Source: Actinomycetota bacterium (GTDB lineage: Bacteria > Actinomycetota > Acidimicrobiia > Acidimicrobiales > Ilumatobacteraceae). Taken from it: 64,000 nucleotides of DNA. The translations under genes and the position numbers were made by a program. The notes under the pieces are model-generated. The model saw nothing but the letters and a program-made list of their open reading frames with translations. It ran no database searches and was not told where the DNA came from. This document shows, piece by piece, positions 53,794 to 63,205 of this stretch. Numbering within the stretch: the first letter of the stretch is position 1; each line of letters begins with the position of its first letter. Location: positions 3,760 through 67,759 of the forward strand of contig SXYT01000076.1 of the NCBI GenBank assembly GCA_005788205.1. The letters run 5' to 3'.

Positions 53794-54890
53794 TGTTCGG
53801 TGTGCGCCACGTCCAGTCCGCGGTGGAGGGTGCCGCCCGCGCCGGGACCGCCACCACCGCCCGCGGCAGCTACGAGACCCCGTGCTTCATGCCCGTGGGC
53901 ACGCGCGGCGCAGTCAAGTACCTGAGTGCCGACGATTACGCCTCGCTCGGCGCACGCATCGTCCTCGGCAACACGTACCACCTGATGCTGCGCCCCGGCG
54001 CCGATGTCATCGAACGTTTCGGTGGTCTCGGCCGGTTCGCGGGGTGGGACGGACTGACACTCACCGACTCAGGAGGGTTCCAGGTGTTCTCCCTCGACCC
54101 GAAGGTGGACGATGAAGGTGTCACGTTCAAGTCCACGTATGACGGGTCGATGCACCGGTTCACTCCCGAGATCGCCGTCGGCGTGCAGGAGAGAATCGGT
54201 GCGGACATCCAGATGGTGCTCGACGTGTGCACCTCTCTGCCGGCCTCGGACGCCGAAATCAGGATCGCACTGGAGCGCACCCATGCATGGGCCATCCGTG
54301 CGCGCGCGGCCCATTCGCGCCCGGACCAGTCGCTCTTTGGCATCGTCCAGGGAGGCATCCACGCGGCGATGCGGCGCGAGAGTGCGCAGCGCACGGTGGA
54401 CGTCGGCTTCGACGGGTACGCCATCGGCGGGCTGTCGGTGGGGGAGACGCGCGGGGAGATGCTCCCCGCCCTCGCGGCCGCCGTGGAGCACCTGCCGGCA
54501 GACCAGCCCAGGTACCTGATGGGCGTGGGCGACCCGGCGTCCCTGGTGGAGGCCGTCGCCCTGGGGGTCGACCAGTTCGACTGCGTCCTGCAGACCAGGC
54601 TCGGCAGGCACGGGACGGCACTGACGTCCGAGGGAAAGCTCCACGTGAAGAACGCCCGTTTCGCACTGGATGACTCACCCCTCGACCCGACGTGCGCCTG
54701 CTGGGTGTGCGCGCGTCATTCGCGCGGGTACGTTCGCCATCTCATGCAGGCCGGCGAGCCCACCGCCTCCCGTCTCGTGTCGGTCCACAACATCTCGTGG
54801 ACCCTCCAGTTGATGGACAGGATCAGGGCCGCCATCACGGACGGCACGTTCGGGGCCCTGCGTCGGGAGATTCTCGGCGTCTGGGGCTGA
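53790..54890 (+). CDS. tgt: Queuine tRNA-ribosyltransferase Tgt
   Basis: TPCFMPVGT.GAVK, LTDSGGFQV, YAIGGLSVGE, and the zinc site CxC..C...H (CACWVCARHSRGYVRHL). The GTG overlaps the queA stop. Confidence 0.95.
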   Translation: MMFGVRHVQSAVEGAARAGTATTARGSYETPCFMPVGTRGAVKYLSADDYASLGARIVLGNTYHLMLRPGADVIERFGGLGRFAGWDGLTLTDSGGFQVFSLDPKVDDEGVTFKSTYDGSMHRFTPEIAVGVQERIGADIQMVLDVCTSLPASDAEIRIALERTHAWAIRARAAHSRPDQSLFGIVQGGIHAAMRRESAQRTVDVGFDGYAIGGLSVGETRGEMLPALAAAVEHLPADQPRYLMGVGDPASLVEAVALGVDQFDCVLQTRLGRHGTALTSEGKLHVKNARFALDDSPLDPTCACWVCARHSRGYVRHLMQAGEPTASRLVSVHNISWTLQLMDRIRAAITDGTFGALRREILGVWG

Positions 54891-54929
54891 GGGGTCCCGC
54901 GCAGGCCCGAGTCGCTAGGCTCAGGCTCC

Positions 54930-55265
54930 GTGATTTCCACCATTGCCGCAGAAACGACCACCAGCAACTCGAGCGGAGGCGGAGCAGTCTTCCAGCTCGT
55001 CTTCTTCGGGGCGATCTTCGCCGGAATGTACTTCCTGCTGCTGCGCCCCCAGCGCAAGCGCATGAAGGAGACGCAGTCACTCCAGTCCAGCCTTGCCGAG
55101 AACGACGAGGTCATCCTCAACTCGGGCATCTACGGCTTCATCACCATGATCGAGGGTGACATCGTGTGGCTCGACATCGCTGACGGCCACGGCACCGAGC
55201 GCATCGAGATCCGGGTGTCGCGCGGTTCTGTCGCACGCAAGACCCAGCCCGCCGAGACCAAGTAG
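54930..55265 (+). CDS. yajC: Preprotein translocase subunit YajC
   Basis: 111 aa. It has a single TM helix, then FLLLRPQRKRMKE...L...DEV....GI.G.I core motifs. Confidence 0.85.
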   Translation: MISTIAAETTTSNSSGGGAVFQLVFFGAIFAGMYFLLLRPQRKRMKETQSLQSSLAENDEVILNSGIYGFITMIEGDIVWLDIADGHGTERIEIRVSRGSVARKTQPAETK

Positions 55266-55270
55266 GTCCC

Positions 55271-56803
55271 ATGCCCCGCCGGCTCGTTGTCACACTGCTC
55301 CTCACCGTGCTCGTCACGGGAGGGCTGTTGGTGGGCAACCTGATCGCGGGCAACTCCCCGGCGCTCGGCCTTGACCTGCAGGGTGGGGCCTCGGTCACGC
55401 TGATACCGGACGGGGAGTACGACGAGGTCGCAATCGGCGTCGCCGTCGAGGTGATCAGGCAGCGGGTGGACTCGATCGGCGTGGCCGAACCCGAGATCAT
55501 CCGCCAGGGTTCGACGGTGGTCGTCAATCTCCCCGGTGTGAAGGACCAGCAGCGAGCACTCGAGCTCGTGGGCCGCACCGGCGAGGTGCAGCTGCGCCCG
55601 GTCCTCGGACAGGCCGAAAATGAAGAGTCGACAACCACGACGGTTGCCGGCGCAACAACGACGACCGTCGCCGGTGCGTCGGGCACGGTGCCGCCATCGC
55701 CGGACACCACCCTCGCCGAGCCGTCGGGAGGTCTCGGGAGCTCGCGTGCCCCCGGTGCCGACCCCACCACGACCACCATCGCACCGCCGCCGGCCGAGGG
55801 GGAAGGTGGCGCCGACCCGAACGGTCTCCAACCCGGCCAGGAAGTGCTGCCCGCCGCGAAGGGCAACACGATCTATCTCGTCGGGCCCACAGCCGCGAAC
55901 GGCGAGGTGTTCGAGAAGGAAGCGACGGCAGACATCTCCCAGGGAGGCTGGGCGGTCAGTGTCAACCTGCGCGGCGGCGCGGGGGGCGAGGACATCTGGA
56001 ATGCGCTCGCCAAGAAGTGCTTCGACGGGGGCGCGGAATGCCCCACGAAGCAGGTCGCGATAGTGCTCGACGGGGAGGTGATCTCTGCGCCGGTCGTCCA
56101 GACGCCCGATTTCAACGGGTCGGTGCAGATCACCGGTGACTTCACGGAGAAAGAGGCCCGTGACCTGGCCAAGATCCTCCAGTTCGGTGCCGTCCCGGTG
56201 CGCTTCGACACGCCCACCGTCCAGACCGTGTCGGCAACGCTCGGCAAGGACTCTCTGAACGCCGCGATCGTGTCCGGACTTCTCGGCGTTCTCCTCGTGC
56301 TCGCCTTCCTCGTCTTCTATTACCGCCTCATCGCACTCGTGGTCGTCGCCGGACTCGGGGTCTCGGGCATGCTCCTGTGGAGCGTGATCTCTTGGCTCTC
56401 GAAAACGAACGGTCTCGCGCTGACCCTCTCGGGTGCGGCGGGCATCATCGTCTCCATCGGCGTCACCGTGGACTCCTACGTCGTGTTCTTCGAGCGCCTG
56501 AAGGACGACGTCCAGAGCGGCCGCACACTGCGCAACTCGGCTGTGCGCGGTTTCGAGAGCGCGTGGCGCACCATCCTCGCCGCTGACACCGTCTCGCTCC
56601 TCGGTGCGGTCATTCTCTGGTGGCTCACCGTCGGTTCGGTGCGGGGATTCGCGTTCTTCCTCGCGCTGTCCACGATCTCCGACATGGTCGTGTCCTATTT
56701 CTTCACGCGGCCGACTGTCCTGCTGCTGTCCCGAACCAGACTGATGAACAAGGGCCGCGTCCTCGGTGTTCGCCCTGCCCTCACCGCAGCGGAGGTGAAC
56801 TGA
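55271..56803 (+). CDS. secD: Protein translocase subunit SecD
   Basis: 510 aa. LGLDLQGGASV, GVAEPEI.RQG, a C-terminal 6-TM bundle, and GAAGIIVSIGVTVDSYVVFFER. It contains a Thr/Pro-rich insertion of about 70 aa. Confidence 0.92.
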   Translation: MPRRLVVTLLLTVLVTGGLLVGNLIAGNSPALGLDLQGGASVTLIPDGEYDEVAIGVAVEVIRQRVDSIGVAEPEIIRQGSTVVVNLPGVKDQQRALELVGRTGEVQLRPVLGQAENEESTTTTVAGATTTTVAGASGTVPPSPDTTLAEPSGGLGSSRAPGADPTTTTIAPPPAEGEGGADPNGLQPGQEVLPAAKGNTIYLVGPTAANGEVFEKEATADISQGGWAVSVNLRGGAGGEDIWNALAKKCFDGGAECPTKQVAIVLDGEVISAPVVQTPDFNGSVQITGDFTEKEARDLAKILQFGAVPVRFDTPTVQTVSATLGKDSLNAAIVSGLLGVLLVLAFLVFYYRLIALVVVAGLGVSGMLLWSVISWLSKTNGLALTLSGAAGIIVSIGVTVDSYVVFFERLKDDVQSGRTLRNSAVRGFESAWRTILAADTVSLLGAVILWWLTVGSVRGFAFFLALSTISDMVVSYFFTRPTVLLLSRTRLMNKGRVLGVRPALTAAEVN

Positions 56804-57924
56804 TGGCCGGACGCTGGCAACGGCTCTACCGCGGCGAGTCCACGATCGATTTCTACGGTCGTCGCCGTTTCGGGTTCTTCTTCTCTGCCGCGCTCCTTCT
56901 CGTGGCAGTCGTGTCCCTTTTCGCCCAGGGGCTCAACCTCGGCATCGACTTCAAGGGCGGGGTCGCGTGGGAGGCCCCCGTCAGCGGACAACTCACCATC
57001 GAGTCCGCGAAGGTCATCCTCGAGGACGCAGGCATCGACGAGACGTCGGCCAAATTCCAGTTGCTGAGCTCTGCTGCGGACCAGCGCCTGCGTATCCAGG
57101 CGGGCGAGCAGACGGAGGCCGTGCAGAAGGACGTGCAGGACAGACTCGCCGCCAAGGCAGGGTCCGGCGAGGACAGCGTGAGCGTGGCCACGGTCAGCTC
57201 GACCTGGGGTCGCAGCATCACCAACAAGGCGATCCGTGCCCTTCTCGTGTTCATGCTCTTCGTCTCGATCTTCATCTCCTGGAGGTTCGAGTGGGGCATG
57301 GCCCTGTCGGCCATCGCTGCAATGGTCCATGACGTCGGCATCAGTGTCGGCGTCTACTCGGTGCTCAGGCTGGAGGTCACCCCGGCGACGGTCGTGGCTT
57401 TCCTGACGATCCTCGGTTTCTCCCTCTACGACACGATCGTGGTGTTCGACAAGGTCCACGAGAACTCGGCCCGCTTCTCCGGCAGCAGGGTGTCCTCGGG
57501 GGATGTCATCAACGTCTCGATGAACCAGGTGCTCATGCGCTCGCTGAACACGAGCATCGCCGCCGTCCTGCCCGTTTTCAGCCTCCTCGTGCTCGGATCC
57601 GGGGTCTTCGGCGCGGTCGCACTCCGCGAGTTCGCGCTCGCTCTCCTCGTGGGTCTCTCCACCGGCGCCTACTCCTCGATCTTCATCGCGTCGCCCCTGC
57701 TCGGGCTGCTGAAGAACCGTGACCCGCGGTACAGGCCGTACCGGTCGCACCTGTCGACCGGGCCGGAGATGGCCCACCTGATGGCCACCGGTGCTCCCGC
57801 CAGCCGCAGGGGAGCCTTTGTCACTGCCGTCAGCGACACCGAGGCATCCCCGGAGGTCGCCGCGGCTGTCGCCGAGTCCGTGCTGAGCCACCCCCCGCGT
57901 CCGCGCAAGAGGGTGCGTCGCTAA
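56803..57924 (+). CDS. secF: Protein translocase subunit SecF
   Basis: The ATG at 56803 has GGAGG upstream and shares 1 nt with the secD stop. Motifs: IDFYGRRR, LNLGIDFKGG and ILGFSLYDTIVVFDKV. Confidence 0.92.
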   Translation: MAGRWQRLYRGESTIDFYGRRRFGFFFSAALLLVAVVSLFAQGLNLGIDFKGGVAWEAPVSGQLTIESAKVILEDAGIDETSAKFQLLSSAADQRLRIQAGEQTEAVQKDVQDRLAAKAGSGEDSVSVATVSSTWGRSITNKAIRALLVFMLFVSIFISWRFEWGMALSAIAAMVHDVGISVGVYSVLRLEVTPATVVAFLTILGFSLYDTIVVFDKVHENSARFSGSRVSSGDVINVSMNQVLMRSLNTSIAAVLPVFSLLVLGSGVFGAVALREFALALLVGLSTGAYSSIFIASPLLGLLKNRDPRYRPYRSHLSTGPEMAHLMATGAPASRRGAFVTAVSDTEASPEVAAAVAESVLSHPPRPRKRVRR

Positions 57925-57933
57925 CCTTCACGC

Positions 57934-60153
57934 ATGGGCACAGCCGACCGCGTCCTCCCGTGGCGACGGCACCACAGCGCGCCGATCGAGGAACTCGCCC
58001 CCCTGCTCGGGTCCTACCGCAGGCGGCACCCGCGCCAGTCCGTCGCTCTGGTCAACAGGGCCTACGAGACCGCCCGCCGCGCCCACCAGAACCAGATGAG
58101 GTCCTCGGGGGAGGCGTACATCAACCACCCGATCGCGGTCGCCAGGATCGTCGCTGACATCGGTCTCGACGAGGTCTCCCTCGCAGCTGCGCTCCTCCAT
58201 GATGCTGTCGAGGACACCGAGATCACGCTCGAGGACGTCCAGCGCGACTTCGGCGACGAGGTGGCGGGGATCGTGGACGGTGTCACGAAACTGGAGCGCC
58301 TGCAGTTCGACTCGCGCGAGGAGCAACAGGCGGCAACGATGCGCAAGATGCTCGTGGCCATCGCCCGCGACATACGCGTCCTCGGCATCAAGCTCGCGGA
58401 CCGCCTGCACAACATGCGCACGCTCGCCGGCATGCCCGTCGAGAAGCAGCAGCGGGTCGCCCAGGAGACGCTCGACATCGACGCGCCGCTCGCCCACCGT
58501 CTGGGCATGCAGGACATGAAACAGCAGCTCGAGGATCTCGCGTTCTCCGCCCTCTACCCGAAGCGCTTCGCCGAGCTGGACCATCTCGTCTCCAGTCGGA
58601 CGCCGGAGAGGGACGTCTACCTGGCGAAGGCGATCGCCGAGGTCCAGGGCAGGCTCGCCGATGTGAACATCGCCGGCGAGGTCACGGGGCGGGGGAAGCA
58701 CCTCTGGAGCATCTACGAAAAGATGGTCCAGAAGGACCGTGACTTCGACGAGATCTTCGACCTGAACGCGATCCGGATCATCGTGGACAACGTCCGTGAC
58801 TGCTACGGGGCGCTCGGTTGCATCCACGGCAAGTGGCGCCCGGTGGTCGGCAGGTTCAAGGACTACATCGCCATGCCGAAGTTCAACCGGTACCAGTCGC
58901 TCCACACCACCGTGATCGGCCCGGGTGGCAAGCCGCTCGAGGTGCAGATCAGGACGAGGGAGATGCACGAACAGGCGGAGTTCGGTGTCGCCGCCCACTT
59001 CGGCTACAAGCACGGCACCGACTCGAGCGACCTGGACTGGCTGAACAGGATCATCGACTGGCAGTCGGAGATGCTCGACCCGGACCAGTTCATGGCCGAC
59101 CTGAAGACCGACCTCGAGCAGGAGGAGGTCTTCGTGTTCACGCCGAAGGGGCGGGTCATCACCCTCCCCGTCAACTCAACCCCGGTCGACTTTGCCTACG
59201 CCGTCCATACCGAGGTCGGCCACTCGTGCATCGGTGCCCGTGTGAACGGCAGGCTCGTCTCGCTCGACTCGTCGTTGTCGTCTGGGGACACCTGCGAGAT
59301 CTTCACCTCGAAGGTCGAGGACGCGGGCCCCTCGCGCGACTGGCTGGGTTACGTGCAGTCCCCGCGCGCGACGAACAAGATCAAGCAGTGGTTCTCCCGC
59401 GAGCGACGCGAGGACATGGTCGAGGCGGGCCGCGAGGAGCTGGCGGCGGAACTGCGACGGGAGGGCCTGCCGGTGCAGCGCATCTGGTCCTCTGACGCAT
59501 TCCTCGAGCAAATGGAGGCGCTCAACTTCACGGACGTCGACTCGCTCCTCGCCGCGATCGGCGAGCACCATGTCTCGGCGCGCGGATTCGCCCAGCGCAT
59601 CGGCAGGTCCGTGCGCCACGAGTCGAGCGACGAGCAGCTCGCCATGCCGATGCGGGCGGACCGGACCGACGGCATCCCGCGCTCGACGACCGGCATCCAC
59701 GTGGAGGGTCTCGACGACGTCCTCGTGCGTCTGTCCCGTTGCTGCACCCCCGTGCCGGGTGACGACATCATCGGGTTCGTCACGAAGGGCCGCGGGGTCA
59801 GCGTGCACAGGGCCGACTGTGCGAACGCCATGAACCTTGCCGGTGACGAGCCCGCGAGGCTCATCGAGGTCGAATGGTCGGGCGCGACCCCGGGCGCGGT
59901 CTTCAGGGCCGGGGTGGAGGTTGTCGCCCTCGACCGCAGCAGGCTCCTGCGTGACGTGGCGAACGCCCTCTCGGAGCAGCACGTCAACATCGTTGCCTGC
60001 AGCACCCACACCGGCCAGGACCGCGTGGCAAAGATGCGTTTCGAGTTCGAGCTCGGCGACCCGAACCACCTCGACGCGGTCCTGCGGATGATCAAGGGGA
60101 TCGATGCCGTCTACGACGCATATCGCATCGTGCCCGGCGGCTCCGCGGACTAG
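57934..60153 (+). CDS. relA: Bifunctional (p)ppGpp synthetase/hydrolase RelA/SpoT (Rel)
   Basis: 739 aa. HD domain HQNQMRSSGEAYINHPIAVA...LLHDAVEDT, synthetase YQSLHTTV...EVQIRT, and TGS and ACT C-terminal domains. Confidence 0.95.
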   Translation: MGTADRVLPWRRHHSAPIEELAPLLGSYRRRHPRQSVALVNRAYETARRAHQNQMRSSGEAYINHPIAVARIVADIGLDEVSLAAALLHDAVEDTEITLEDVQRDFGDEVAGIVDGVTKLERLQFDSREEQQAATMRKMLVAIARDIRVLGIKLADRLHNMRTLAGMPVEKQQRVAQETLDIDAPLAHRLGMQDMKQQLEDLAFSALYPKRFAELDHLVSSRTPERDVYLAKAIAEVQGRLADVNIAGEVTGRGKHLWSIYEKMVQKDRDFDEIFDLNAIRIIVDNVRDCYGALGCIHGKWRPVVGRFKDYIAMPKFNRYQSLHTTVIGPGGKPLEVQIRTREMHEQAEFGVAAHFGYKHGTDSSDLDWLNRIIDWQSEMLDPDQFMADLKTDLEQEEVFVFTPKGRVITLPVNSTPVDFAYAVHTEVGHSCIGARVNGRLVSLDSSLSSGDTCEIFTSKVEDAGPSRDWLGYVQSPRATNKIKQWFSRERREDMVEAGREELAAELRREGLPVQRIWSSDAFLEQMEALNFTDVDSLLAAIGEHHVSARGFAQRIGRSVRHESSDEQLAMPMRADRTDGIPRSTTGIHVEGLDDVLVRLSRCCTPVPGDDIIGFVTKGRGVSVHRADCANAMNLAGDEPARLIEVEWSGATPGAVFRAGVEVVALDRSRLLRDVANALSEQHVNIVACSTHTGQDRVAKMRFEFELGDPNHLDAVLRMIKGIDAVYDAYRIVPGGSAD

Positions 60154-60164
60154 TCTTCGCTGTC

Positions 60165-61442
60165 GTGCCGAGTTTCCAGACCAGCCCGGGTACCCGCGAC
60201 ATCCTGCCGCCCCAGGCCGGGCGCTGGCGCGCGCTCTCCGACATCTTCGCGGACATCGTCCAGTCCGCCGGTTACGAGTGCATCATCCCGCCGATGTTCG
60301 AGGATCTCGGTGTCTTTCTCCGGATCGGCGACGCGACGGACATCGTGACGAAGGAGATGTACGACTTCGTCGACAAGGGTGACCGCCACATCGCGCTCCG
60401 GCCAGAACAGACCGCAGGTGTGTGCAGGGCCTTTGCCCAGCACCGTCCCGTCACACCGTGGAAGGTCTGGTACTCGGGACCCAACTTCCGCTACGAAAAG
60501 CCCCAGGCAGGTCGTTACCGCCAGTTCGACCAGGTCGGCGTCGAGGTTCTCGGCAGCGATGACGCCCTCCTCGACGCAGAGGTCATCTCGCTCGCCTGGC
60601 AGTTCTTTGCCCGCCTCGGTCTTGTCGGGGTGGAGCTCGTCGTCAATTCCCTGGGCGAGGCCGACGAGCGCGCGGCGTACATCGAGGCGCTGCGGGCCCA
60701 CCTCGAGTCGCACCGGGGCGAGTTGTCGGAGGAGTCCGTCGCGACACTGTCGCGCAACCCGTTGCGGGTCCTCGACTCGAAGCGCCGCCAGGACGCATCG
60801 GTGATCGCCTCAGCCCCGCGCATCTCGGCCCACCTGTCCGTTGCCTCCTCGTCCCACTTTGCCGCCGTCCTTGCCGGGCTGGATGCCCTCGGTGTGCCGT
60901 ACCGCGTGGACGAAATGCTGGTCCGTGGCCTCGACTACTACCGGCGCACCACGTTCGAGTTCGTGTCGCTCTCGCTCGACGGGTCGCAGAACGCCGTGGG
61001 CGGCGGCGGCAGGTACGACGGTCTGGTGGAGGATCTCGGTGGTCCCGCGACCGGCGGGGTCGGTTTCGCCATCGGCGTCGACCGGACGCTCCTTGCCTGC
61101 GATGCGGAGGGCGTGTTCGATGCGGGGTCCCTCGCTCTCGACGCTTTCGTCGTGGACGTGACCGACGGGCTCGCCGCCACGAGGCTCGCCGAGGCACTGC
61201 GGGCAGCGGGCTACAGCACCGACAGGGCCTTTGACGGGCGCAGCATGAAGTCACAGATGAAGGCCGCCGACCGCAGCGGTGCGGCAATGGCAGTGATCGT
61301 CGGGCCCGACGAGGCAGCATCGTCCACCTGCACGGTCCGTAACCTTGCCACCTCGGAACAGGTGTCGGTCCCGCAGTCGGGCCTCGTCGCCCATGTCGCC
61401 GCCGCGCTCGGCCCCCGCACCCCCCGGAGGAACCCCCAATGA
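60165..61442 (+). CDS. hisS: Histidine--tRNA ligase
   Basis: 425 aa. PGTRDILP, the class II motifs (LRPE.TA, YSGPNFRYE.PQAGRYRQF, GGGRYDGL), and an anticodon-binding C-terminus. Confidence 0.95.
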   Translation: MPSFQTSPGTRDILPPQAGRWRALSDIFADIVQSAGYECIIPPMFEDLGVFLRIGDATDIVTKEMYDFVDKGDRHIALRPEQTAGVCRAFAQHRPVTPWKVWYSGPNFRYEKPQAGRYRQFDQVGVEVLGSDDALLDAEVISLAWQFFARLGLVGVELVVNSLGEADERAAYIEALRAHLESHRGELSEESVATLSRNPLRVLDSKRRQDASVIASAPRISAHLSVASSSHFAAVLAGLDALGVPYRVDEMLVRGLDYYRRTTFEFVSLSLDGSQNAVGGGGRYDGLVEDLGGPATGGVGFAIGVDRTLLACDAEGVFDAGSLALDAFVVDVTDGLAATRLAEALRAAGYSTDRAFDGRSMKSQMKAADRSGAAMAVIVGPDEAASSTCTVRNLATSEQVSVPQSGLVAHVAAALGPRTPRRNPQ

Positions 61443-63199
61443 AGCCAACTGCGATGCGCACCCACATGTGCGGCGAACTGCGCGAGTCCGACATAGGCCG
61501 GCAGGTGTCACTCTGCGGCTGGGTGGGACGTCGCCGTGAGCACGGCGAGCATCTCGCGTTCGTGGACCTGCGGGATCACACGGGAATCATCCAGTGCGTC
61601 ATCGACACCGGGGCGGACGTGCGCAGCGAGTACGTCGTGCGCATCACGGGTGTGGTGCGGGCCCGGCCCGGGGGCACCGCGAACGATGCCCTCCCCACCG
61701 GGGCGGTCGAGGTGGGTGAGTGCGCCGTTGAGATCCTGAACGTTGCCGAGCCGCCCCCGTTCCCCGTGGACGCGCGTGCCGACGACGTGGACGAGGCGAT
61801 CAGGCTCAAGCACCGGTACATCGACATCAGGCGGGAGCGGATGCAGCGAAACCTGCGCCTGCGTGCCGCCATCAACAGTGCCATCCGGCGCGAGATGGAG
61901 CAGAACGGCTTCCTGGAGGTGGAGACACCTTTCCTCATGCCGTCCACCCCGGAGGGTGCCCGGGAGTTCCTCGTGCCGTCGCGCAAGGAGCCGGGCTCGT
62001 TCTTCGCCCTGCCGCAGTCGCCGCAACTGTGGAAGCAACTGCTGATGGTCTCCGGTGTGGATCGCTACTACCAGATCGCCCGCTGCCTGCGTGACGAGGA
62101 CCTTCGCGCTGACCGTCAGTACGAGTTCATGCAGCTGGATGCCGAGATGTCGTTCGTGTCCCAGGATGACGTGCTCGAGTACATCGGCAGGGCGGTCGTG
62201 GCGGCGGCGGAGGCCGTGACGGGGGAGCGCCCTCCCGAGATCGAGCGCATCACGTGGCGCCAGGCGATGGAGCGGTTCGGTGTGGACAAGCCGGACCTGC
62301 GCTTCGGGCTCGAGTTGACCGAACTCACGCACGTCTTTGCGGGCACCGAGTTCAAGGCGTTCGCCGGTGCCGGCTCGATCAAGGGGATCTGTGTCCGTGC
62401 ATCCGAGTACCCGGAGGCCGCGGCGTTCGGCCGCAACAAACTCGACGCGCTCACGGACCGGGCAAAGAAGATCGGCGCGAAGGGTCTCGTCTGGATCAAG
62501 GTCAACGGGGCGGACCTGGAGTCACCCGTCGCCAAGTTCCTGTCCGACAGCGAGAAGTCGTCTCTCATCGCGGCCATGGGTGCGGGTGACGGGGACCTCA
62601 TCCTCATCGTGGCCGACGAGTGGTCGACCACGTGCGAGGTCCTCGGCCAGCTGCGCAATGATATCGGCCGTCCGCCCGTGCACGAGGGCCCGTACAGGTA
62701 CGTGTGGGTCACGGAGTTCCCGTTGTTCGTGGGGCTCGACAAGACGACCGGCAAACCCGTCCCCGGGCACCACCCGTTCTGCCACCCGCACCCGGATGAT
62801 CTCGCTCTCTTCGAGACCGATCCGCTGGGGGTGCGTGCGCTGGCGTACGACCTGGTGCTGAACGGCTGGGAGCTCGGCTCGGGCTCCATCCGCATCCACG
62901 AGCCCGCCCTCCAGCGGCGTGTGTTCAACATCCTCGGTATCGACGATGCCGAGGCCGACAAGCGGTTCGGGTTCTTCCTCCAGCCGTTCCGTTTCGGGGC
63001 GCCGCCCCACGGCGGGTTCGCCTTCGGCATCGACAGGCTGGCGGCGATTCTCGCTGGCGAGGAGAACATCCGCGAGGTGATCGCGTTCCCGAAGACCCAG
63101 AGCGGTGCAGACCCGTTGACGAACGCACCCACCCCGGTCGACGCGAAGCACCTGGCCGAACTGGGCCTGCGCATCCTGCCCCCGCCTGCGTCCTCCTGA
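61439..63199 (+). CDS. aspS: Aspartate--tRNA ligase (possibly non-discriminating)
   Basis: 586 aa. It has an OB-fold N-terminus (GWV.RRREHG...F.DLRD..G..Q). Motifs: QSPQLWKQLLM, FRDEDLRADRQ.EF.QLD, and GGFAFGIDRL. The ATG overlaps the hisS stop. Confidence 0.96.
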   Translation: MKPTAMRTHMCGELRESDIGRQVSLCGWVGRRREHGEHLAFVDLRDHTGIIQCVIDTGADVRSEYVVRITGVVRARPGGTANDALPTGAVEVGECAVEILNVAEPPPFPVDARADDVDEAIRLKHRYIDIRRERMQRNLRLRAAINSAIRREMEQNGFLEVETPFLMPSTPEGAREFLVPSRKEPGSFFALPQSPQLWKQLLMVSGVDRYYQIARCLRDEDLRADRQYEFMQLDAEMSFVSQDDVLEYIGRAVVAAAEAVTGERPPEIERITWRQAMERFGVDKPDLRFGLELTELTHVFAGTEFKAFAGAGSIKGICVRASEYPEAAAFGRNKLDALTDRAKKIGAKGLVWIKVNGADLESPVAKFLSDSEKSSLIAAMGAGDGDLILIVADEWSTTCEVLGQLRNDIGRPPVHEGPYRYVWVTEFPLFVGLDKTTGKPVPGHHPFCHPHPDDLALFETDPLGVRALAYDLVLNGWELGSGSIRIHEPALQRRVFNILGIDDAEADKRFGFFLQPFRFGAPPHGGFAFGIDRLAAILAGEENIREVIAFPKTQSGADPLTNAPTPVDAKHLAELGLRILPPPASS

Positions 63200-63205
63200 G
63201 CACGG

